14,774 nucleotides of DNA, from positions 1 through 14,774 of the forward strand of contig JBBKWS010000051.1 of the NCBI GenBank assembly GCA_037969075.1. Direction: 5' to 3'. The notes under the pieces were generated by a model that did not search any database, had not been told where the DNA came from, and worked only from the letters and a program-made list of their open reading frames with translations. Positions 7,483 to 14,774 of the stretch are shown piece after piece (the first letter of the stretch is position 1; each line of letters begins with the position of its first letter). Made by a program: the position numbers and the translations under genes. The stretch is from Bdellovibrionales bacterium. GTDB taxonomy: Bacteria > Bdellovibrionota > Bdellovibrionia > Bdellovibrionales > UBA840.

Positions 7483-8393
7483 TAATATAGCTCTACTTTA
7501 TCATTTTCTAAGAACCCAGCGCCTGAGTGGATGATAGAAATAGCTCCGTCTTTACCGAAGTAATTGATAACTTCTATTGTTCCTTTAGTTCTACCTGGCG
7601 CAAGCCCAATTAATCTACCACTTTCGGGATCAAAAATCTCATCGCCTTTTTCGCTGACACGCAAGATATCGCCTAATTGAATGCCCGAAATTTTACCAGC
7701 ATTAATATATATTCTATCGCCCTTAACTAAAGCTACTCGGCCTTCCCATGAGATTTTATCCATAGATCTTAAAATAGAGACCATTGCCATTCCGAGCGCT
7801 TGTTCTACAGCCTTTTTAATCAACTCAGGCTCTTGCTCTAATGCTCTAGCTGTCATATCAACCTTACCGACCACCTGTACATCTGCTTCAGCGATCGCAG
7901 TCCTTCTTTCTTCAACCAATAATGTTGCATTCTTTGCACTAGTAACTTTTAACTCAACGGTAGCCTGCATTTTAGCTTTTATATTTCTAAAAACACCTAC
8001 TTGATCACCCAGTTTCATTGCTTGTAACTCGACGATATTACCTTGAATAAAAGCCGCTAAGTCTAATCCTCGTGTCATGTTAGCAATAGCTGCTAAGTCA
8101 TAGCCGCCATCTTTTTTGTATTTTTCTATATCTTGCGGTAGATCATTATTATCTACGACAACTACCCGATTTGTTCGCATAAGCTCACGAATTAAAAAAT
8201 TTCTGGCTTCAGTTTTAACACTCTCAGCATGGGACGTGTCTTTATCTTCAAAAGGTAAAATCACAATTCTTTTTTTAACACCATCATCAGCTTGCGGCCC
8301 ATGGGGTGTAACTACATTTCTAACATCGTTTCTAGTTTTAACAAATGGGGTACAGGCGATAAAAATTGGAAGAAGCAGTAATAGATTTCTCAT
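7479..8393 (-). CDS. Lipoprotein with a CsgG/TolB-N-like (FlgT middle-type) domain and an FlgT C-terminal-like beta domain
   Basis: Lipobox-like signal MRNLLLLLPIFIA|C. KKRIVILPFED is typical of CsgG/TolB-N folds. C-terminal WEGRVALVKGDRIYINAG..GIQLGD.L.V...G.EI.DP.SG..IG matches the FlgT_C-type pattern. Confidence 0.8.
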   Translation of the reverse strand: MRNLLLLLPIFIACTPFVKTRNDVRNVVTPHGPQADDGVKKRIVILPFEDKDTSHAESVKTEARNFLIRELMRTNRVVVVDNNDLPQDIEKYKKDGGYDLAAIANMTRGLDLAAFIQGNIVELQAMKLGDQVGVFRNIKAKMQATVELKVTSAKNATLLVEERRTAIAEADVQVVGKVDMTARALEQEPELIKKAVEQALGMAMVSILRSMDKISWEGRVALVKGDRIYINAGKISGIQLGDILRVSEKGDEIFDPESGRLIGLAPGRTKGTIEVINYFGKDGAISIIHSGAGFLENDKVELYY

Positions 8394-8399
8394 ATATCA

Positions 8400-8429
8400 A
8401 TCTTAGCATTCAGTTATCATTTGGGCCAA
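8400..8429 (-). promoter_or_regulatory. Possible sigma-70 promoter with extended -10, positioned for a leaderless transcript of the lipoprotein gene
   Basis: Minus strand: TTGGCC, 18-nt spacer ending TGC, TAAGAT, 6 nt, then ATG (8393). No SD upstream. Confidence 0.45.
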
Positions 8430-8465
8430 TCTGACCAATGTCCAGTTTGCATAGGATTTTGAATA

Positions 8466-9611
8466 TTAAATACTGATTTTTACCTCATAACCGCCAGATT
8501 TCCAAACCTTGGTAGCTTTGCCTTTCCACGTGAAGCTTTTAAGCTCATCAACAAGTGCTGCAGCCCCTTGAGAAACATCCGCCTCCAAAATAATTTCATC
8601 AGGAGTAAAAGAGCGATCAGTTAGATTTTTTAGTTTTAAACTTTTTTGAGTCAGTTGCTGCTTAAACAACTTTAGATCACTATAGCTGAGAGACGATGTA
8701 ATGATGATCTTTACACGATCTGTATCAAATACACCTTTTTGCCACGAACTTAAAACCTCGTCCTTAAATAGTGCAATGCCTTCTTTATAAAAAGCCTCAG
8801 AATATTTTTTTACCGTGGCATCATACTCACCCACTGGCGCTTCGTATTGCTTGTGGATACTAGCAACCTTTCTGCCACTAGCTACTAGAATCGCACTTAA
8901 CTCCATTTCAAATGCCACAGCTAAGGAGTTTTTAGGGCTAGGTCCATAATGAATATACCCATCAATAACCAACTGAGAGCCAATACTTGCGCCAATAGAT
9001 TGCAAATCACTTGCTGAATAGGCTATGGATTTAATACTTTCTGGTATCAAACGATGAGTCTCACCCTTCATTGGGTCCATCACAAAAAAGGACTCTCCCC
9101 ACATCTCTGCTCGCAAAAGATCTTGAAATTGGGCGGCCTGAGTATACACCAATGACTTGGTATAATTATTGTCTACGAACCACCATTTATAAGATTTTGA
9201 GTACTTTCTATCTAAAAAACCAACGAACGGTAACATCTTAATATTCTCAGTAGCAAAATGTAGTAGTCCTTCTTGTTTTAAGACATCGCGCAGACCTTCC
9301 CTAGATAAGTGAAGGGTCACTTTCATTTGTCTACCTTGAGCTATAGATTTCATTGTTCCTTGTTTGATATAAGAAATATATTTGCCCGACTGAGGCAAGA
9401 CTTTTGATTTTATTAATGACTCTTTCTTTTGCGTTTCAGCGGCACCTAAAATCAAATCAATATTATCTCGGCTGACTTTTTCGATCGCCTTACTAACAAT
9501 TTCTTGTCTGGCTTGAGCCGGCTCTTTGTTGTCTGAAGTCTCTTCTATATCAATAACTAATAAATCTGAAGCAAAGCCAAACTGCAATAGTAAAATTATT
9601 AACAACTTCAT
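8466..9611 (-). CDS. Exported hypothetical protein, FlgT-N/DUF2066-like architecture (381 aa)
   Basis: Signal peptide MKLLIILLLQFGFA|S. N-terminal AQARQEIVSKAIEK...YISY...MKVTL resembles FlgT_N/DUF2066, followed by an alpha/beta middle domain and a small C-terminal alpha/beta domain. SD-like AAGGA upstream. Family call is tentative. Confidence 0.7.
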   Translation of the reverse strand: MKLLIILLLQFGFASDLLVIDIEETSDNKEPAQARQEIVSKAIEKVSRDNIDLILGAAETQKKESLIKSKVLPQSGKYISYIKQGTMKSIAQGRQMKVTLHLSREGLRDVLKQEGLLHFATENIKMLPFVGFLDRKYSKSYKWWFVDNNYTKSLVYTQAAQFQDLLRAEMWGESFFVMDPMKGETHRLIPESIKSIAYSASDLQSIGASIGSQLVIDGYIHYGPSPKNSLAVAFEMELSAILVASGRKVASIHKQYEAPVGEYDATVKKYSEAFYKEGIALFKDEVLSSWQKGVFDTDRVKIIITSSLSYSDLKLFKQQLTQKSLKLKNLTDRSFTPDEIILEADVSQGAAALVDELKSFTWKGKATKVWKSGGYEVKISI

Positions 9612-9627
9612 ATATACATCCTTATTG

Positions 9628-9658
9628 AAAGTAAAAGATCAATAGCACTTCTCGTCAA
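9628..9658 (-). promoter_or_regulatory. Possible internal sigma-70 promoter downstream of dnaE
   Basis: TTGACG (9658-9653) and TACTTT (9633-9628) with a long 19-nt spacer. Confidence 0.3.
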
Positions 9659-9665
9659 GCAAAGG

Positions 9666-12600
9666 CTAATGGATCTCGATACTTTCTAATGAACCCATAA
9701 TAGATTCCATTTGGTCCATAAAGTCTGGACTTGTTTGAATTCCAATATCTTCTTCTAATTCCATTTCTGCTTCTCTTTTAAGTTCAGGGTAAGTGATCTT
9801 AAACCTTACTTTCGTTTTACCTGGATGCTTATCTAATACACCCTTAATGGTATCAAGCTTTGCCAGTAACTTCTCGGTCAACTGAATCTCAAGAAGTTTG
9901 GCCGTACGTAACTTTTCTTCTAAGGTTATGATTTTCTCAGCTATGATCTTATTACCTTTTTCATCTGACTCATACGTACCACTTAGCAAAATCGCCCCGT
10001 CTTGTTTAAACATAGGCTCACTCTCGGCATACACATCCGGAAAGGTAATAAACTCAATCTTACCTGTTAGATCTTCAATTTGCGAAAAGGCCATTCTTGT
10101 ACCTTTTTTAGTGATAAACTCTTTATACGTAGCAATTAACCCACCAATGCAAATCTTCTGTTTGTTCTTGAGTCCCTCAAGCTTACTGATTGTGTGACTA
10201 ATATAAGGCTTAAGCATTTTTTCAATGCCATTTAATGGGTGGTCACTAAGGTAGAAGCCTAGAACTTCTTTTTCAGAAGACAATTTATAGGTTTTTGTCC
10301 AATCAGCAAGATCAGGTAGTTCAATTTTTTCTTCTTGCTGTGGATCTAAAGAAAATAAACTTACTTGCCCAACATCAGCATCTTTTCTTTTTGAATCGGC
10401 GCGGTCTAAATATAATCCATAAGTGGCCATCAGTTGTGCCCGACTAGCACCAAAGCCATCAAGTGCCCCGGCTTTAATTAGACATTCAATCACCTTTTTA
10501 TTTACTTTTCTATCTACTGAGGCAAAAAAGTCTTCAAGATCACTAAATAATTTGTTTTCTTTTTTGTCTCTTGCCTCAACAATTTGATCAACGGCCGATT
10601 CCCCAACGCCCTTAATGGCAGCTAAACCAAAGAATATAATATCCCCATGAACAGAAAATTTTCTTTCTGAGAAATTAATATGCGGGGCCTTAACCTCAAT
10701 TCCATGATCTCTTGCATCTTTAATGTATTGAACAATTTTGTCTGTATTAGACATCTCTGTAGTACAAAGAGCCGCATAAAATTCTACAGGAAAATATCTT
10801 TTTAGCCACGCTGTATGTGCCGCTAACACGCAATAAGCCGCAGCGTGGGATTTGTTAAAACCGTATTCGGCAAATTTTGCCATTTGGTCAAATAATTCAT
10901 TGGCTTTACTGGCATCAAATCCGTTTTTGCTCGCTCCGCTTAAGAAGCGATCTTTTTGTCTAGCCATTTCTTTGGGATCTTTTTTACCCATGGCCCGACG
11001 TAATATATCTGCTTCACCTAATGAATAAGATGCAATTTTTGCAGCAATCAACTGCACATGCTCTTGGTAAACAATAATACCGTAAGTTTCTTTTAAAATT
11101 TCTTCAAGCTCCGGGAAGATATAAGTAACTTTAATCTCACCGTGTTTTCTACCTTTATATTCATCTAAGAACTGCATTGGACCAGGTCTATACAGCGCAT
11201 TGATGGCAGTGATGTCTTCAAAGTTATTAGGTTTTACTCTTTTAGTGAACTCAGTAATCCCCCCGCCTTCAAACTGAAACACCCCATCAGTATCTCCGTT
11301 ACAGAAAATTTCATAAATTCCTGGGTCGCTTAAAGATATGTCTTTTAATTTATGTTCTTTACCACGATTCTTTTTAATTAAATGTAGAGCGTCTTCTAAG
11401 TGAGTTAATGTTTTAAGTCCTAAGAAGTCGAATTTAATCAGCCCCATACCCTCAGCATTTTTCATGTCATACTGAACTACGGTTTCGTTGGCTGAGCCTT
11501 TATATAACGGCGCATACTCAACTAGTGGACGATTAGATATGATAACACCCGCCGCATGGATAGAGGCGTGACGAGTTAAACCTTCTATCTTTAAAGAAAG
11601 TTCTATAAGAGTATTGATCTTTGGATCATTTTCCATCCACTCTTTTAGTCTGTCCTCTTCATCAATGGCTTGTTGTAAAGATATACCTAACTTATCTGGG
11701 ATAAGATCCACCACTTGCGTAACTTCAGTCATAGACATACCAAGTACCCTGCCTACATCACGAATAGCAGCCCTTGCTTGCAGTTTACCAAAGGTAATGA
11801 TCTGCGCAACCGACTCAGCCCCATACTTATTAGTAACGTATTCGATCACTGATTGGCGCTTTTCTTGACAAAAATCGATATCAAAATCTGGCATGCTGAT
11901 ACGTTCAGGATTTAAAAACCGTTCAAAAATCAAATTGTATGGCATTGGATCAAGATCTGTAATCTTCAAACTGTAGGCCACCAAACTACCCGCACCCGAC
12001 CCCCGGCCTGGGCCAACCGGGCAAGAGTTATTTTTAGCCCAAAGGATGAAATCTTGAACGATCAAAAAGTAACCGTTAAATCCCATCTTATCTATTACAG
12101 ACAATTCATAGTTTAGACGGTCAAAATATTTCTTTTGTTTTTCTTCGGTTAAGTCTTCTTCCCTAGAAACCATTTCACTAAAGCGTTCTTCTAAGCCTTT
12201 CAACGATAGAACTTCTATTTCTTCTTTAAGTGACCTTCCCTCAGTGGTTGGATAATCAGGAAGATGATAGATACGATTTCCGTCTTCATCTTTTAAATTA
12301 AACTGTACATCACAAAGGTCCGCAATTTTTATGGTATTTGCTATTGCCTCTGGAAGATCCTTAAAGACTTCCTGCATTTCTTCAGCTGTCTTTAAATAAA
12401 ACTGGTCGCTACCTAACTTAAATCTAGTTTCATCAGCAAGCGCCTTGTTTGTTCCGATACAAACTAAGACTTCTTGTGCAAGCTGGTCTTCTTGCTTCAA
12501 ATAATGAACATCATTACTAGCAACGAGCGGTACCCCTTCTGATTTTGAAGCTTCAATTAAAAAAGCATTTAATTTATTATAATCCCCAACATTAGGCCTG

Positions 12601-13124
12601 CAAATTTCTAAATAAAATCTATCTTGAAATATATTTTTTAAATCTCTTATCTTTTCAAGTGCTTTCTCTTTTCCATGGTATAAAAAATTATGAGCCACTT
12701 CACCCATAATCCCACCACTAAGGGCTATTATATTTTTGCTGTATTTTTTAAGGACTTCGTAATCAATGCGGGGTTTATAATAAAAACCCTCTTGGTAACC
12801 AATACTACTGATTTTACATAACTCTTGATACCCTAAAAAATTCATCGCTAAAAGAACAATGCGTCTGTTAGGTCCTTGATCTCTTTCTTCACCTTTTACT
12901 AGTCTTGAGCCGGGCGCAATATAAGCATCTAAGCCTAAAATGGGCTTTACCCCACTCGCTTTACAATAGTTATAAAACTCTATGGCGCCAAACATGTTTC
13001 CGCTATCTGTCAGTGCGATAGCCGGCATTTTGTATTCAGCAGCATACTTAGCTAAGTCTTTTGGCTTACAAGAAGCCTCAAGCAGAGAATACATACTGTG
13101 TACATGTAGATGACAAAAGCTCAT
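9666..13124 (-). CDS. dnaE: DNA polymerase III subunit alpha
   Basis: 1152 aa with PHP domain (HLHVHSMYSLL), GPGRGSGAGS, catalytic MPDFDIDF, KFDFLGL, YGFNKSHAAAY, clamp-binding QVSLF and a C-terminal OB fold. Confidence 0.99.
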   Translation of the reverse strand: MSFCHLHVHSMYSLLEASCKPKDLAKYAAEYKMPAIALTDSGNMFGAIEFYNYCKASGVKPILGLDAYIAPGSRLVKGEERDQGPNRRIVLLAMNFLGYQELCKISSIGYQEGFYYKPRIDYEVLKKYSKNIIALSGGIMGEVAHNFLYHGKEKALEKIRDLKNIFQDRFYLEICRPNVGDYNKLNAFLIEASKSEGVPLVASNDVHYLKQEDQLAQEVLVCIGTNKALADETRFKLGSDQFYLKTAEEMQEVFKDLPEAIANTIKIADLCDVQFNLKDEDGNRIYHLPDYPTTEGRSLKEEIEVLSLKGLEERFSEMVSREEDLTEEKQKKYFDRLNYELSVIDKMGFNGYFLIVQDFILWAKNNSCPVGPGRGSGAGSLVAYSLKITDLDPMPYNLIFERFLNPERISMPDFDIDFCQEKRQSVIEYVTNKYGAESVAQIITFGKLQARAAIRDVGRVLGMSMTEVTQVVDLIPDKLGISLQQAIDEEDRLKEWMENDPKINTLIELSLKIEGLTRHASIHAAGVIISNRPLVEYAPLYKGSANETVVQYDMKNAEGMGLIKFDFLGLKTLTHLEDALHLIKKNRGKEHKLKDISLSDPGIYEIFCNGDTDGVFQFEGGGITEFTKRVKPNNFEDITAINALYRPGPMQFLDEYKGRKHGEIKVTYIFPELEEILKETYGIIVYQEHVQLIAAKIASYSLGEADILRRAMGKKDPKEMARQKDRFLSGASKNGFDASKANELFDQMAKFAEYGFNKSHAAAYCVLAAHTAWLKRYFPVEFYAALCTTEMSNTDKIVQYIKDARDHGIEVKAPHINFSERKFSVHGDIIFFGLAAIKGVGESAVDQIVEARDKKENKLFSDLEDFFASVDRKVNKKVIECLIKAGALDGFGASRAQLMATYGLYLDRADSKRKDADVGQVSLFSLDPQQEEKIELPDLADWTKTYKLSSEKEVLGFYLSDHPLNGIEKMLKPYISHTISKLEGLKNKQKICIGGLIATYKEFITKKGTRMAFSQIEDLTGKIEFITFPDVYAESEPMFKQDGAILLSGTYESDEKGNKIIAEKIITLEEKLRTAKLLEIQLTEKLLAKLDTIKGVLDKHPGKTKVRFKITYPELKREAEMELEEDIGIQTSPDFMDQMESIMGSLESIEIH

Positions 13125-13128
13125 TTAT

Positions 13129-14679
13129 TTATTCCCACTCAATGGTTGCAGGTGGTTTTGATGTAATATCATATACCACCCGGTTCACTTGACTCACTTC
13201 ATTGGTAATCGCATTGGAAACATGTCTTAAAAATTCAGAAGAAAATTCAAACCAATCCGCAGTCATACCATCATTAGAAGTTACTGCTCTAATGGCAGCA
13301 ACTCTTGCGTAAGTTCTACCGTCGCCTTGCACTCCAACCGATTCAATAGGTAAGAGTACCGAAAAGGCCTGCCAAATTTTATCATAAAGATTATGGGACT
13401 TTAATTCTCTAATAAAAACAGCATCTACATCTCGTAATATTTCTAAATCTGGTTTTGTAATTTCACCTAAGACTCTTACCGAAAGACCAGGGCCTGGAAA
13501 TGGATGTCTCCACAAAATATCACGTGGAATATTTAATCCCTCTCCGATTCGTCTGACTTCATCTTTAAATAATTCTCGTAGTGGCTCTACTAATTTCATG
13601 TTCATTTTATCAGGTAGCCCGCCAACATTATGATGGGACTTAATAGTTACAGAAGACCCTCTTAGACTTACACTCTCTATAACGTCGGGATAAAGCGTCC
13701 CTTGCGCGAGCCACTTAATATTTTGCGGTATTTTTTTAGTTTCGGCTTCAAAGACTTCAATAAAAAGTCTGCCGATAGTTTTACGTTTTTTCTCGGGATC
13801 CGCAATGCCCTTAAGTTCTTCTAAAAACTTTTCCTCTGCATCAACAGCGATTAGGTTTAGACCAAGTCTTTTATAAATTTCTTTTACTTCACCAAATTCA
13901 TTTTTTCTTAAAAGGCCATTGTTTACAAATACACAGTGCACTCGGCCCGCTCCAAGCGCTGTTGTTAAAAGAGTTCCTACAACAGTGGAATCAACTCCTC
14001 CACTAAGAGCGCACAAAACATGTTCATCATCAGGAACTTGCTTTTTTATAGTCTCTATTAAGTGATCTAAAATATAGGTCTGCGTCCAGTCAGCTTTGCC
14101 TTTACACAAATCAAACACAAATGCTTTTAAAATCTCTTCACCCTTATCCGTATGAGTAACTTCTGGGTGAAATTGAACCGCCCAAATATCTTTAGACTTT
14201 AAAGCGGCAGCATGACCTCCGCTAGACTTTGCAATGATGCTAAATTCGGCTGGCACACTAACAACTACATCGCCGTGACTCATCCACACTTTTTGTTCCA
14301 TTGGAATTGCTGCAGAAAAAGTGTCACTCCATATTACTTTATTAAGGCCGTATTCTTTGTCCTTAGCTCTTTCAACTTTTCCACCAAATACTTTGGCTAT
14401 CAATTGCATGCCGTAACAAATTCCAAGCATGGGGGCTAATGGTCTTAGCTCTTTTAAATCCCTATAAGGAGAATCTGTGTCGTGTACAGAAGAAGGTCCG
14501 CCACTTAAGATGATCCCACTAGGTTGAAAGTTTTTTAAGGTTGCAAGGGGAACATCAAAAGGAAATAGTTCGCAATAAACCCCAAGCTCTCGAAGACGTC
14601 TTGCAATCAACTGAGTTACTTGTGAGCCAAAATCAAGGATCGCAATTTTAGTAGTATGAGTCGTTTTTAAAGTATTCAT
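13129..14679 (-). CDS. guaA: GMP synthase (glutamine-hydrolysing)
   Basis: ILDFGSQ, class I GATase triad motifs GICYG and FHPE, PP-loop SGGVDS, IKSHHNVGG, C-terminal DITSKPPATIEWE. Confidence 0.99.
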   Translation of the reverse strand: MNTLKTTHTTKIAILDFGSQVTQLIARRLRELGVYCELFPFDVPLATLKNFQPSGIILSGGPSSVHDTDSPYRDLKELRPLAPMLGICYGMQLIAKVFGGKVERAKDKEYGLNKVIWSDTFSAAIPMEQKVWMSHGDVVVSVPAEFSIIAKSSGGHAAALKSKDIWAVQFHPEVTHTDKGEEILKAFVFDLCKGKADWTQTYILDHLIETIKKQVPDDEHVLCALSGGVDSTVVGTLLTTALGAGRVHCVFVNNGLLRKNEFGEVKEIYKRLGLNLIAVDAEEKFLEELKGIADPEKKRKTIGRLFIEVFEAETKKIPQNIKWLAQGTLYPDVIESVSLRGSSVTIKSHHNVGGLPDKMNMKLVEPLRELFKDEVRRIGEGLNIPRDILWRHPFPGPGLSVRVLGEITKPDLEILRDVDAVFIRELKSHNLYDKIWQAFSVLLPIESVGVQGDGRTYARVAAIRAVTSNDGMTADWFEFSSEFLRHVSNAITNEVSQVNRVVYDITSKPPATIEWE

Positions 14680-14774
14680 AAGATCTGAACACTAAAACAA
14701 AAATGTGCGGTTTTGTCGTTAATTTTAGACAGATTTTGAGAGAAGAGAGGATCGATAAGAAACTACGCGTTATC

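Noticed and set aside
7681..8406. + strand ORFs 7681-8004 and 8116-8406
   Set aside because: Antisense to the lipoprotein gene, with the Ser/Ile/Leu-rich composition typical of shadow frames.
9666..13124. Intein or split in dnaE
   Set aside because: Normal length, continuous motifs and no intein splice-junction signature.
9898..14439. + strand ORFs 9898-10197, 11614-11868 and 14212-14439
   Set aside because: Antisense to conserved dnaE and guaA.
14692..14731. AT-rich hairpin upstream of guaA (ACAAAA-N8-TTTTGT; CTAAAA...TTTTAG) as a purine riboswitch or terminator
   Set aside because: Weak A/T stem, no purine-riboswitch core visible, and only 95 nt of upstream sequence available.

Overview
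AT-rich bacterial chromosomal window, almost all coded on the minus strand. Gene order and protein types suggest a Bdellovibrionota-like genome, but this is recalled resemblance and was not verified. The right half is housekeeping: guaA, dnaE, an exported FlgT-N/DUF2066-like protein and a CsgG/FlgT-like lipoprotein. The middle holds a divergent HPF/RaiA-like gene on the + strand and an EamA/DMT transporter. The left half (1-5956) is a tightly packed run of at least five genes, each starting with a signal-peptide-like sequence; four are cysteine-rich and lack a recognisable catalytic motif. They encode a Sel1-repeat protein, a 303-aa beta-rich protein with strong translation signals, a 569-aa protein, a 191-aa protein with an amphipathic beta-hairpin, and a >589-aa protein that the ORF track missed because it runs off the window edge. 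This operon is the best candidate for an undescribed system, possibly a secreted surface fibre or envelope-assembly module; that function is inference only. No RNA genes, CRISPR arrays or mobile elements were seen.
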